Source: an uncultured Clostridia bacterium (lineage in GTDB: Bacteria > Bacillota_I > Bacilli_A > RF39 > UBA660). From it: a DNA stretch of 52,738 bases. The notes beneath the pieces were generated by a model that saw only the letters and a list, made by a program, of their open reading frames with translations, had not been told where the DNA came from and did no database searches. Where the stretch lies: NCBI GenBank assembly GCA_946619755.1, contig CAMOMI010000003.1:1-52738 (forward strand), given 5' to 3'. Positions 38,513-48,753 of the stretch are shown here, in pieces. The number at the start of each line of letters is the position of its first letter. The first letter of the stretch is position 1. The position numbers and the translations under genes are program-made.

Positions 38513-40102
38513 ATGTCTTCAACTGGAAATAAAGGAAAGTTTAGTGAACGTGTTAAACAAATTTTATATCAGAAAAGAAAAAAGAATGTTAATGATGAGG
38601 AAATTAAAGATTCTAATTTAATATATAACGATTTTTTAAAAGTTTTAGCAGCTATTCCTATATTTGTCTATGGTGGTTTAGTTGTTAATTCTGATTCAGA
38701 TAAAGTGACTAGTAAAAATGATGTTAATGGCAATCTTCATGATTTGAATATTAGTTCATCTTCTATGAATAATAATGATAGAAAAAGGAATAGAGATTTA
38801 ATTAGCAAAATTGATATTAATGAGATAAAGAATAAGCAGACTTCTTTTTATAGAGCAAAAGGTTTTAATTTTGATAGTACTGATAAAAAGGAAAATAGTT
38901 TGCAGATTGATAAATTCGACAATTATGATAATAAAAATGTGTATAACAAAAATAAGAATGATTTACAGACTGATATAGATATTAAATCTGAAAAACAAGT
39001 AAAAGAACTTGAAAAAAGCATTATAAACCTTATTAAAAAAGACCTTATTAGGATTGTTAATGAGATGGAAATACTTCAAAGTGAACTATACATTTTAAGT
39101 GAAGTAAATGGTGATGGTAAGGTTTTAAAAAATTGTCAACGCGAACTTGATCAAGTTAAAAGTTTGATATGTAAAATAGATAAATTAAAAAATAAATATG
39201 ATTTTTTGAAAGATAATCATGATTTTGAATATTTGCTTGAGATTGATAATAATGATTTGGTAGATAAAATTATCAAATTAAGAAATACTTTTGGAAATAA
39301 TGAATTAAAAGCAGTTACTGAAGATTATAAGTTATTAGATGTTTATAAATATTTATATTTAAAACTCGATGATCTTAAAGAAAAAACTGAAGAGTTTGAA
39401 GAACATAAGAAAAAGGAAATATTAAAGTTAAAAGAACGTGATATTGATTTTGAAAAACTAAAAAAAGATGTCTATAATGTTGATTATACTAATCAAAGTT
39501 ATGACAGTTTTGTTGAAAATCAAAATGCATTATTAAATGAAATTGATAAAAGTGTTAGTAAAATTGATTCTTATGAACAAGTTGATTTGCGTTTAAAAGG
39601 GTTTGGGGCTTTATTTAGAAATAGTTTTAAGTTTTTTGGGTTGTTAATGTTAAGTCCTTTGAAAGGCGTTATTCCTTCAATTGCAACTGAAACCTTACTT
39701 ACGGGTAATTTAATAAAAAATTTATATAAAAATCTTGAACTTGAGGAAACTAGAAGAATGGTATATGAAGCAATGGATTACTCTAGTATGATTAATAATG
39801 CTATTAGGGATTTAGATAGTACTAGTAGAATTGTTGATACAACATTGGATGATATTGTTCGTTTAAAAATGAAATATAATGAAAAATTTAAACAATATAA
39901 AGGAGATTTTTCAGAATATCGTGATATTATGAACAAGATTAACGATATGGAAAATAAAATTTTAGGTAATAAAATTAAGATTGAAATGATGAGAAAACGT
40001 GCGTTAGAACAGGAAAGAGTAAATCAGAAAAAACTTGTTTTAGTTAAAGAATTGAATAAAAAACAAGAAAATAGAAATCATGTAGATGTTAATAATGCCT
40101 AA
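38513..40102 (+). CDS. Hypothetical long coiled-coil protein with internal hydrophobic segments
   Basis: Long ORF, GGAGG SD, TGATATAAT extended -10; heptad-rich; no family recognised. Confidence 0.8.
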   Translation: MSSTGNKGKFSERVKQILYQKRKKNVNDEEIKDSNLIYNDFLKVLAAIPIFVYGGLVVNSDSDKVTSKNDVNGNLHDLNISSSSMNNNDRKRNRDLISKIDINEIKNKQTSFYRAKGFNFDSTDKKENSLQIDKFDNYDNKNVYNKNKNDLQTDIDIKSEKQVKELEKSIINLIKKDLIRIVNEMEILQSELYILSEVNGDGKVLKNCQRELDQVKSLICKIDKLKNKYDFLKDNHDFEYLLEIDNNDLVDKIIKLRNTFGNNELKAVTEDYKLLDVYKYLYLKLDDLKEKTEEFEEHKKKEILKLKERDIDFEKLKKDVYNVDYTNQSYDSFVENQNALLNEIDKSVSKIDSYEQVDLRLKGFGALFRNSFKFFGLLMLSPLKGVIPSIATETLLTGNLIKNLYKNLELEETRRMVYEAMDYSSMINNAIRDLDSTSRIVDTTLDDIVRLKMKYNEKFKQYKGDFSEYRDIMNKINDMENKILGNKIKIEMMRKRALEQERVNQKKLVLVKELNKKQENRNHVDVNNA

Positions 40103-40277
40103 ATATGTATATGAATTTTTTAAGAATTGTTTTGCATATATGGTTTATTTATTATTGCTAAATGATTAGTTGTTAAAAAATTACTTTAAGGGAAAATAAA
40201 ATAGATTTAATAATACTTTAAATATATCTACTTATAATGTATTTAGCGCATTAGGTATTGTAATTATCTGTTAATTG

Positions 40278-40302
40278 AAAAAAGCATTTAATTGCTTTTT
40301 TT
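40278..40302. terminator. Terminator-like hairpin about 175 nt past the coiled-coil gene
   Basis: AAAAAAGCA / TGCTTTTTT. Confidence 0.6.
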
Positions 40303-40397
40303 AATTATAAAAAAATATTGAATATATTTAAATTATATGGTATACTTTATTTAATAGTAGGAGTGTAGGCACGACGTGTGTTTACTTAGGAGGAATT

Positions 40398-41705
40398 ATG
40401 GAAAGTAAAAATGTTAAAGTAATTGATGAACATAGTATTGATAGGAATGCCAAAATTATTTGTGGCTTTAGTATAAATGGTGAAAAATATGTTCTTTATT
40501 CAATTGAAAGAGATAGTGATAATGATAATCTTTTTGTTTCTAAAATTGTGGGTAATTTAGATGGAACATATAATATGGCCAATATTGATGATAGTATGAT
40601 TAAAGGTAAAATTGATGCTATTGTTAAAGAATTAATTAAGTATTCTGTTGATAATGAAGCTGATAAATTAGATTCGACATCTGTTAAGTTAAGTTCTGGT
40701 AGTGTTGAAATTATTGATGTATCATTTAATAAAGAACAAAATATTAATGTTACTAAAACATATGTAGCAACTGTAAAAAAAGCTGTTACTAAGGTAGGAG
40801 AAGATTTTTATAAAGTTAAAAATCCTATTGTGTCTGAGTTATCTGAAATGCCACGAGAAGATGTTGAATTACCTACTACGGTCGATGCTCCTGTAGAATT
40901 AGCAACACCATCAATTGATAATGTTACAATTCCACTTGAAGAAGCACAAAAAGAAGAAACATTGGAACCTGAAAATGTTCCTACTGTTGAACCTGTTTTA
41001 CCTGAAGAACCTTCTTTGGCACCACTAACCGAACAAGTTACTAATCCTGAACTTATTAATGCTTTAGATCAAGCTGTTGATGATCTTAAAATAGGCGATG
41101 TTCCAAATGGTTCAGAGAAAAAATTGGATAATGAATTGGAAATGGTTGACGCTCCAAAAGAAGAAAGCATTAATGGTAGTGTATTAAATAATAATGAGTC
41201 TAAATCAGAAAAGGCTTTCTTTGGAAATGCTGCTCCTGTTTTACCTGTAACACCTGTTGAAGTACCATCAGAAAAAGTACCAATGTCTTTTGAATCTGTT
41301 CCATTGATGACACCACCTGAACTTGCTAAAGAGGAATCTTCTTTAATTCAATCAGCTATTCCTTCACCAGGTGATGTGCCATCTGATAATAAATTAATAT
41401 TTGATGGTTCAAAAGAAACTAACTTAAAGTTTGTTTTTGATGATAATTCAGCTAATAATGTAAGTAAAGCAATATCTTCAAATGATGAGAATGTTGAATC
41501 ATTAAGAGAGTTTGGCGTTGATCAACCAATTATTAATACCGATGAATTAAAAGCACCACAAGAATCTGTTAATGGTCCTGTTTTGAAAAAATCAAAAGGT
41601 TTTGCTAATAATAAGTTTTTTATGGTTGTAGCAATAGTAATATTTATAGCTGCTTGTGTATTCTTAGGATATGAAGCTTTTCAGTATTTTAAAATAGTTG
41701 GATAA
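40398..41705 (+). CDS. Hypothetical C-tail-anchored protein: small beta-rich N-domain, Pro/Glu-rich disordered linker, C-terminal TM
   Basis: AGGAGG SD, TTGAAT-N17-TATACT promoter at 40318-40346; C-terminal FFMVVAIVIFIAACVFLGY. Confidence 0.82.
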   Translation: MESKNVKVIDEHSIDRNAKIICGFSINGEKYVLYSIERDSDNDNLFVSKIVGNLDGTYNMANIDDSMIKGKIDAIVKELIKYSVDNEADKLDSTSVKLSSGSVEIIDVSFNKEQNINVTKTYVATVKKAVTKVGEDFYKVKNPIVSELSEMPREDVELPTTVDAPVELATPSIDNVTIPLEEAQKEETLEPENVPTVEPVLPEEPSLAPLTEQVTNPELINALDQAVDDLKIGDVPNGSEKKLDNELEMVDAPKEESINGSVLNNNESKSEKAFFGNAAPVLPVTPVEVPSEKVPMSFESVPLMTPPELAKEESSLIQSAIPSPGDVPSDNKLIFDGSKETNLKFVFDDNSANNVSKAISSNDENVESLREFGVDQPIINTDELKAPQESVNGPVLKKSKGFANNKFFMVVAIVIFIAACVFLGYEAFQYFKIVG

Positions 41706-41706
41706 T

Positions 41707-41735
41707 AAAAAAGGAAAATGTTTTTTCCTTTTTTT
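41707..41735. terminator. Bidirectional terminator between convergent genes
   Basis: AAAAAAGGAAAA / TTTTCCTTTTTT. Confidence 0.7.
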
Positions 41736-42345
41736 AATCATATATATTTTTTCTTTTTGAATATTTACATCCACAGTAATCTTGTCTGTATAGATTATAT
41801 TTTTTTGATAATTCAATTGATTTTTTATATCCATCTGCTTTTTTAAAATCTGAATATAACCATTTAATGTTATATTTTTTCGATAATTCTTCGCCAATTT
41901 CATTTATAAGATTGGCGTTTTTATATGGGCTAACTGATAAGGTAGAACAAAAGTATTCATAATTTTTTTCTTTGGCTATTTGAGCTGTTTTTTCTAATCG
42001 TAATTTAAAACAGATTGTGCATCTTGCTCCTCTTTCTGGTTCGTTTTCATATCCTTTAATCTTTTCTTCGTAAAGATTATTGTCGTAGTCACAGTCTATA
42101 ATATCTATTTTGTTAGTAGTTTTCATTGTTTTAATTAATCTTATTTGTTCTTCTTTTCTTTTTTCATATTCCTCTTTTGGTGAGATGTTTGGATTATAAT
42201 AGATAATTGTTATATCAAAGTAATTTGTTAGAAAAGAAATAACACTTGAACTACATGGTGCACAGCAACTATGTAATAATAATTTTTTAGGTTTATCGAT
42301 ACTGGCTAGTTCTTTTAAACATAGTTTATAATATGATTCAGTCAT
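41734..42345 (-). CDS. queH: Epoxyqueuosine reductase QueH
   Basis: LLLHSCCAPC, YYNPNI, RC..CF..RL, TL.VSP.K, YRQ.YCGC. Confidence 0.93.
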   Translation of the reverse strand: MTESYYKLCLKELASIDKPKKLLLHSCCAPCSSSVISFLTNYFDITIIYYNPNISPKEEYEKRKEEQIRLIKTMKTTNKIDIIDCDYDNNLYEEKIKGYENEPERGARCTICFKLRLEKTAQIAKEKNYEYFCSTLSVSPYKNANLINEIGEELSKKYNIKWLYSDFKKADGYKKSIELSKKYNLYRQDYCGCKYSKRKNIYD

Positions 42346-42373
42346 AATTCATCACCAGTAGTTATTATATCAT

Positions 42374-44638
42374 TTACTTTGAAAAAATGGAATCAATATT
42401 AATTGTTTTTTTGTTTTCGATAATATTATCTATAATTATGTTTTCAATTCGATTGTTTATAATATTACTTATTTTATGTGCACCATTTTTATAGTATTCT
42501 GATTCTTCTATTATTTCATTAATAATATTATCATTTGTAATAATATTTAACTCTTTATACTTTTCTTTAATATTGTCTAATTCTTTTTTAATAATAATTT
42601 TCATGCTATCTTCATTTAATTTTTCAAAGAAAATTATGTTATTAATTCTGTTAATGAAACTATTATCAAAATTCTCTAACAATTCTTTATTTATGTAATT
42701 ATCTTGATTATTAAATCCTATTTTATTATTTGTGCAATTTTTATTAGTAGTCATAATTATAATATTATTATTAAAGTTTATTATATTGTTCCTAGCATCT
42801 TTTATTTTCCCATCTTCAAGTATTTGATGAAATAAATTTATTAATTTTGGATGTGCTTTATCTATTTCATCTAGTATGATAACTGCATTTGGATTATCTT
42901 TAATTTTACTTAGTATATAAGTATTATCATCATATCCAACGTATCCAGCGGTTGTACCTACAAATTTACTAATGGACATACTATCAGAATATTCAGACAT
43001 ATCAAGTTTTATTACCTTATGATTTGATATTATATTTCCATATACATTTGCTAGTTTACTTTTACCAACACCGGGCGGACCAATTAAAAGTAATGAGATG
43101 CATTTATTATCATGATAACCTAATTTAATTCTTTTGGTTATATTCATAATTTTTTTTATGGCATTGTTTTGACCAATTATTTCTTTTTTTAATTGTTTTT
43201 CTATTTCATTAATAATTTTTTTGTTATTTTTTAATATTTCATATATTGGGATAGAGGTTTTGTTGCTAATAACTGTCGCTATATCTTCTGTGGTGACTTT
43301 TTTTCTTTCTTTTTTTGTTGACATCATATTTTTATATTTTGTTTCTTTAATTTTATATTCATAGGCTTTTTTAATATTATTTTCTTTTATATATAATTCT
43401 TTCTTGTCTCTTATTTCTTTTAAATTGTTGTTATCTTTTATAATACTATTGTTTTTTCCTATATTTACTTTACTACATACTTCGTCTAAGATGTCAATTT
43501 GTTTATCAGGTCTAAATCGCTGATGCATATATTTTTCGGTTAAAGATATTATTTCATTTATTGTTTCATCTGTTAAGTCAACGTTATGATATGATTCATA
43601 AATGGGTTTTAGTTTATAAAGAATACTTTTGGTTTCTTCAACTGATGGCTCTTCAATGTTTATCATTTGAAATCTTCTATCAAGGGCTTTATCTTTTTCA
43701 AAATGTTTTTTGTATTCTTCGGTTGTTGTTGCACCAATGCATTTTATTTTTCCTCTTGCTAAGGCAGGTTTTAAGATATTTGATGCATCAATTGCTCCTT
43801 CAGCACCTCCTGCACCAATTAAGGTATGTATTTCATCAATAAATAAAATTATATCGTTGTTATTTTCAATTTCATTAATTATTTTTTTCATTCTTTCTTC
43901 AAATTCACCACGATATTTTGTGCCAGCGACGGCCGATGCCATATCTAAAGAAATTATTTTTTTATGTAATAGCTTTTCTGGAACTTGTTCTTTTTCGATT
44001 AGAGTTGCTAATCCTTCGACAATAGCTGTTTTACCAACACCTGGTGGACCTATTAAAAGTGGATTATTTTTAGTTCTTCGACATAAGATTTCTTCAATTT
44101 TTTTTATTTCTTCATCTCGGCCGTAAACGGGATCTATTTCATTATTTTTTGCTTTTTCGTTGATATTAATGCCAAGTTCTTCAATTAATAATTTAATTTC
44201 GTGCTTTTTCCGATTATATATTTTTGAAGTAAAGTCATCATACATTTCATCTAAGTCTAAGTTCATACCTATAAATATTCTGATGGCTATTCCTTCGCCA
44301 ACATCTAGTAATGCGGAAAAAAGATGATTAGGTGTTACAATACCATTATTATTATCTTTACTATCCATTATTGCGTTTTCGATAACTTTTTTTAACAAAG
44401 GAGTATGTAGAAAGAAGTTACTTTTTTTTGAGCCTTTTCCAATGATATTAATTATTTCTTTTTTAAAGTTATTGTATGTTAAATTATAGTTTTCTAATTT
44501 TTTACTTAGTTCATTTTTTGTATGTAAAATTGCAAGAACTAGATGTTCTGTTCCTACATAAGGATGTTTTAATTCTAACATTTCTAATTTTGCTTTAACT
44601 AATATATCTTGTGCTTCTTCATTAAAGTTGCTTATCAT
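42374..44638 (-). CDS. clpC: ClpC-like ATP-dependent Clp protease ATPase, divergent
   Basis: Clp N-domain GTEH, RRTKNNP, two Walker A/B sets, GYVGY pore loop, IGF loop; AAAGGTGA SD before ATG 44638. Confidence 0.85.
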   Translation of the reverse strand: MISNFNEEAQDILVKAKLEMLELKHPYVGTEHLVLAILHTKNELSKKLENYNLTYNNFKKEIINIIGKGSKKSNFFLHTPLLKKVIENAIMDSKDNNNGIVTPNHLFSALLDVGEGIAIRIFIGMNLDLDEMYDDFTSKIYNRKKHEIKLLIEELGININEKAKNNEIDPVYGRDEEIKKIEEILCRRTKNNPLLIGPPGVGKTAIVEGLATLIEKEQVPEKLLHKKIISLDMASAVAGTKYRGEFEERMKKIINEIENNNDIILFIDEIHTLIGAGGAEGAIDASNILKPALARGKIKCIGATTTEEYKKHFEKDKALDRRFQMINIEEPSVEETKSILYKLKPIYESYHNVDLTDETINEIISLTEKYMHQRFRPDKQIDILDEVCSKVNIGKNNSIIKDNNNLKEIRDKKELYIKENNIKKAYEYKIKETKYKNMMSTKKERKKVTTEDIATVISNKTSIPIYEILKNNKKIINEIEKQLKKEIIGQNNAIKKIMNITKRIKLGYHDNKCISLLLIGPPGVGKSKLANVYGNIISNHKVIKLDMSEYSDSMSISKFVGTTAGYVGYDDNTYILSKIKDNPNAVIILDEIDKAHPKLINLFHQILEDGKIKDARNNIINFNNNIIIMTTNKNCTNNKIGFNNQDNYINKELLENFDNSFINRINNIIFFEKLNEDSMKIIIKKELDNIKEKYKELNIITNDNIINEIIEESEYYKNGAHKISNIINNRIENIIIDNIIENKKTINIDSIFSK

Positions 44639-44656
44639 TTTATCACCTTTCATAAC

Positions 44657-44685
44657 ATTCTATGAATATTATGGTGTAATAATAC
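44657..44685 (-). promoter_or_regulatory. Possible sporulation-sigma (sigE-like) promoter of clpC
   Basis: Minus strand GTATTAT-N14-CATAGAAT just upstream of the SD; one mismatch in the -35. Confidence 0.4.
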
Positions 44686-44698
44686 AGTTTTAAAACAG

Positions 44699-44738
44699 AA
44701 AAAAAGCAACTATTTTTTTAAATTATTAATTGCTTCTT
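44699..44738 (-). terminator. Terminator overlapping the rpe stop
   Basis: Minus strand AAGAAGCAATTA / TAGTTGCTTTTT plus T run. Confidence 0.55.
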
Positions 44739-45330
44739 CATAGTTTTCTTTATTAGTAATATATGAACCTACAACGGCAATATCGGCATAGTCTTTAATA
44801 TAATTAATCGTTTCGTTATTGATTCCTCCGTCAACTTCGATTATTAAGTCTTTACTTTTTTCTCTTAATATTTTTATTTTTTCAGCTGTATTTTCAATAA
44901 ATTTTTGACCGCCAAAACCTGGTTCAACACTCATCATAATAACTTTATCAATTTTATTAAGGTATTTATCAATTAAATTTAAATCAGTATTTGGTTTAAT
45001 AGCTAATCCTGCTTGATAACCTTTCTCTTTTATTAATGATAATATTTTATCTATATTTTTATCTATTTCAATATGAATAGTAATAGATATAATGTTATCT
45101 ACTTTTAAATTGTTTATAAATGGTTCAGGATCTATATTCATTAGATGAATATCAAATGGCTTATTAGTATATTCTCCTAGTTGATTTACCTCATTTATTG
45201 GTAGTTGATAATTAGGTACAAATTTATTATCCATATTATCAATATGAATATAATCTGTACTAGTATTATTTAGCTTTGTAATACTTTTAAATCTATCATT
45301 GGTTGATAGAATGGATGTTGATATTTTCAT
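44710..45330 (-). CDS. rpe: Ribulose-phosphate 3-epimerase
   Basis: H.D.MD..FVPN, DIHLM, MSV.PGFGGQ.F, EVDGGI. Confidence 0.95.
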   Translation of the reverse strand: MKISTSILSTNDRFKSITKLNNTSTDYIHIDNMDNKFVPNYQLPINEVNQLGEYTNKPFDIHLMNIDPEPFINNLKVDNIISITIHIEIDKNIDKILSLIKEKGYQAGLAIKPNTDLNLIDKYLNKIDKVIMMSVEPGFGGQKFIENTAEKIKILREKSKDLIIEVDGGINNETINYIKDYADIAVVGSYITNKENYEEAINNLKK

Positions 45331-45334
45331 ATAA

Positions 45335-46159
45335 TCACCTGTTTATAAAAATACGATAGTTATTATATCTGGATTCAAGAATATTCCCGTTTTTTAATTG
45401 CTCTTTAACATAACAACCATCTTCAGATATATGCATACAATCATCATATTTGCACTTATCTAAATTATCAAACATATCTTTCATGTTGTCTCGTATATCA
45501 ATTGGTGTCATTTCAAAAAAGTCAATTTTAGAAAATCCTGGACTGTCAGCTATAAGTGTACCATTAATATCAAATAATTCTGTATGTCTGGTGGTGTGTT
45601 TGCCTCGACCTAGAGCTAAAGATATTTGATCAGTATTTAATTTAAGTTCGGGGTTTATTTTATTTAAAAGTGTTGATTTTCCTGCACCACTTTGACCAGT
45701 AAATACAACTGTTTTGCCTTTAATAATGCTCATTAATTCATCTACTTTGGTGGCTGTTGTATAACCGATTTTCTGATAATATTCAATATATTTGTTAATA
45801 TTTGATTTTTCATCATCATTTAATAAGTCTAATTTTGTAAAGTATATTATTGGAGTAACATTATTATAAGAGATAATTGTTAGCGTTTTATCTAAAAGAT
45901 GTGTATCAAAATCAGGATGTTTAGCGCTAGTTACAATAACAGCAATATCAATATTAGCAATACTTGGACGTATTAATTCGTTTTTTCTCTTTTCTATTTC
46001 TAATATATAATTGTTTTTATCATCAAAAATGACATGATCACCTACAAGAGGGGTTAAATTGTTAACTCTAAATTTTCCTCTAGGTTTACAAATATATAAT
46101 TTACCATTGGCATCAATGGTGTAGTCATTGCTAATATTTTTAATGATTGTTCCTTTCAT
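45335..46159 (-). CDS. rsgA: Ribosome biogenesis GTPase RsgA/CpgA
   Basis: PLVGD.V, TKLDL, GQSGAGKS, GKHTT, DSPG, C...C.H..E.GC. Confidence 0.96.
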   Translation of the reverse strand: MKGTIIKNISNDYTIDANGKLYICKPRGKFRVNNLTPLVGDHVIFDDKNNYILEIEKRKNELIRPSIANIDIAVIVTSAKHPDFDTHLLDKTLTIISYNNVTPIIYFTKLDLLNDDEKSNINKYIEYYQKIGYTTATKVDELMSIIKGKTVVFTGQSGAGKSTLLNKINPELKLNTDQISLALGRGKHTTRHTELFDINGTLIADSPGFSKIDFFEMTPIDIRDNMKDMFDNLDKCKYDDCMHISEDGCYVKEQLKNGNILESRYNNYRIFINR

Positions 46160-46175
46160 GTTTACTCCTTAATGT

Positions 46176-48002
46176 TTATTCATCTATTTTTTCGTCAATT
46201 GCTGGTATTTCATATGAAGCATTTAATTTAACTTTTAAAGTTATTCCTTCGATAATGGCATCACCAACTGGTCTTGATTGTTCAATTACTACTTTTGAAC
46301 TGTATTCAGAATATTTGTCTTCAGGGATAATATTATTATCTTTATCTGAAACCGATAAATTTAACTTATATTCTTTTGTGAAGGCCATTACATCTGATAG
46401 GCTCCAACCTTCGTCAACCATATCTGGATATTCGTTGACAATATTTGGAATATATAGTGTTATTGTATCTCCTTCTTCAATTAGAACTTTTTCTTTATCT
46501 TTTTCATATTTTGGATTTTGGTCAATAATAATGTTTTCTTTTCCCTTATATTTTTCTTTATCTTCAACATCTTTTGGTTCAACTAAAACATTTATATTTA
46601 GTAGGTCAAGTTTTGCTTTTACTTCATTATAGTTTTTGCCAGTATAGTCTTCGAGATAATGATATGTTCCGCCAATTGATTCATAGATGGTAATTGTATC
46701 ACCTTTTTTTCTTGTGCTACCAGCTTTAGGGTTAATGCTAATGACAACACCTTCTTCGACTGTATCACTATTTTTTTGTTCAATATTATAGGTGAAGCCA
46801 GCTTTTGTGAGTTTTTCAATTGCTTCGTTAGTAGTTAAACCAATAACTTTAGGAACGGTTATATCTTTAACTTCACGGGTGGTTATTAACCAAAAAATAC
46901 CGCCGGTAATTAGTAATATAAGAAAGAAAGCAGCAAGAATAGTAATTAATGTATTTCTTCTTTTAGGTTCTTCGAAAAACTCTTCATCTTCATCATTGTC
47001 ATCATCATCTTCAACATCTTCTGGTTTAATTTCTTTAACAAATTCATCAGTGTTTTCCATAGGTTCCTCCTTTTTCTTCTTGTCAGTTTTTGTTTTGACA
47101 TTTTGGGTTGAAATTGGTTCTGCTCCATCTAAATCATTCTCGGGATAAACAAAAGAAATTTTCTTATCATTAACATGTTCTTCATCTAAGCAATGAAGTA
47201 GATCTTCATGCATTTCTTTTGCACTATCATATCTATTTCGTGGATTTTTAGCTGTAGCCTTTAAAATAATATTTTCAACTGATTGAGGAATAGAAGGATC
47301 TTGTTTTCTAACACTAGGTATTTTATCTTTCATGTGTTTTAGAGCAATCTCAACGGCATTATCACCTCTAAATGGAACATTGCCAGTAAGTAGTTCATAC
47401 ATCATTATACCTAGAGAGTAAATGTCACTTTTAACAGTGGCACTTTTACCACTTGCTTGTTCTGGTGGTAAATAATGGACACTTCCCATAACGGAATTGG
47501 TTTGTGTTAATTGTGTGGCATTTAAGGCCATGGCAATACCAAAATCGGTTATTTTTATGCGTCCATCATCTTCAATCATAATATTTTGCGGTTTAATATC
47601 ACGATGAATTATATATGATTCGTGAGCGTGAGCAATTCCATCTGTTAATTGAGTCATAATGTCAATTACTTCAGTTAAAGTAAGAGATTCACGTTTTTTT
47701 AATAGTTGTTTTAAGGTTTTACCTTCTATATATTCCATAACGATGTAGTGGCTTCCATCTTCTTCGCCAACATCATATACTTCGACAATATTAGGATGTG
47801 ATAAGTTTGATACTGACAAAGCTTCTCTTTGAAAACGTCTAATGAACTTATCATCGTTAGATAAATCGCCACGTAATACTTTAACAGCAACTTTACGATC
47901 TAGGATAGTATCATTTGCTAGATAAACATTTGCCATACCACCTTCGCCAATATTTTTAATAATCTCATATCGATCATTAATTTTTTGCCCCTTTGATAAC
48001 AT
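46176..48002 (-). CDS. prkC: PASTA-domain Ser/Thr kinase PrkC/PknB
   Basis: GEGGMA.V, VAVK, HRDIKPQN, DFG; TM helix; about three PASTA repeats. Confidence 0.96.
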   Translation of the reverse strand: MLSKGQKINDRYEIIKNIGEGGMANVYLANDTILDRKVAVKVLRGDLSNDDKFIRRFQREALSVSNLSHPNIVEVYDVGEEDGSHYIVMEYIEGKTLKQLLKKRESLTLTEVIDIMTQLTDGIAHAHESYIIHRDIKPQNIMIEDDGRIKITDFGIAMALNATQLTQTNSVMGSVHYLPPEQASGKSATVKSDIYSLGIMMYELLTGNVPFRGDNAVEIALKHMKDKIPSVRKQDPSIPQSVENIILKATAKNPRNRYDSAKEMHEDLLHCLDEEHVNDKKISFVYPENDLDGAEPISTQNVKTKTDKKKKEEPMENTDEFVKEIKPEDVEDDDDNDEDEEFFEEPKRRNTLITILAAFFLILLITGGIFWLITTREVKDITVPKVIGLTTNEAIEKLTKAGFTYNIEQKNSDTVEEGVVISINPKAGSTRKKGDTITIYESIGGTYHYLEDYTGKNYNEVKAKLDLLNINVLVEPKDVEDKEKYKGKENIIIDQNPKYEKDKEKVLIEEGDTITLYIPNIVNEYPDMVDEGWSLSDVMAFTKEYKLNLSVSDKDNNIIPEDKYSEYSSKVVIEQSRPVGDAIIEGITLKVKLNASYEIPAIDEKIDE

Positions 48003-48742
48003 TAGTCATCACCACTTTCTTTTTTTAAATAAGCTATCGATATATTATCTGTTCCACCACGTGAATTGGCTTTTCTAATTAATTTAACAACAGCTTCTTC
48101 GATAGGTAAATCACTATTTAATATTTTTTCAATTTGTTCATCCGTTAGCATGTTTGTTAGACCATCACTGCATAGGAATAGTCCTTTAACGGATGTATCT
48201 ATATCAAAAATATCAATTTCAATCGGATCGTTTGCACCAAGAGCTCGTGTTAAAAGATTTTTGCCAGGATGATTTTTAGCAGTTTCTTCGGTAAGACGTC
48301 CATTATTAAGCAACATACCAACATAAGTATGATCTTTGGTTACTTTGTGTAGGGTGTTGTTTTTTATAACATAACCTGATGAATCTCCAATGTTTCCATA
48401 TAAAATATAGTCATCGGTTTTAATAGCAATTACAAGAGTCGTGCCGAGTCCTTTACTTTCAGGATTCTTGTCGGCATATTCAAATATTTTTTCATTTATT
48501 TCTTTAACTAATATACGTAGCCAATCAATAGCTTCTTCTTTTGAACCGATAGTTTCTAAATTGTAGAAACTATCTCTTATATAATCTATAGCAATTGCTG
48601 AAGCAACTTCACCAGCTTTATGACCGCCCATGCCATCAGCTACTGCTAAAACGAACTCATTTCTATCATTGCTGATTATTGCAACACTATCTTCATTATG
48701 TGATCTCACTTTTCCAGGATCTGTGAAATAAAATGTTTGCAT
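48002..48742 (-). CDS. prpC: PP2C-type Ser/Thr phosphatase PrpC/Stp1
   Basis: R..NED, VADGMGGH, GDS, LCSDGL, GG.DN. Confidence 0.96.
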   Translation of the reverse strand: MQTFYFTDPGKVRSHNEDSVAIISNDRNEFVLAVADGMGGHKAGEVASAIAIDYIRDSFYNLETIGSKEEAIDWLRILVKEINEKIFEYADKNPESKGLGTTLVIAIKTDDYILYGNIGDSSGYVIKNNTLHKVTKDHTYVGMLLNNGRLTEETAKNHPGKNLLTRALGANDPIEIDIFDIDTSVKGLFLCSDGLTNMLTDEQIEKILNSDLPIEEAVVKLIRKANSRGGTDNISIAYLKKESGDD

Positions 48743-48753
48743 TTTTTACCTCC

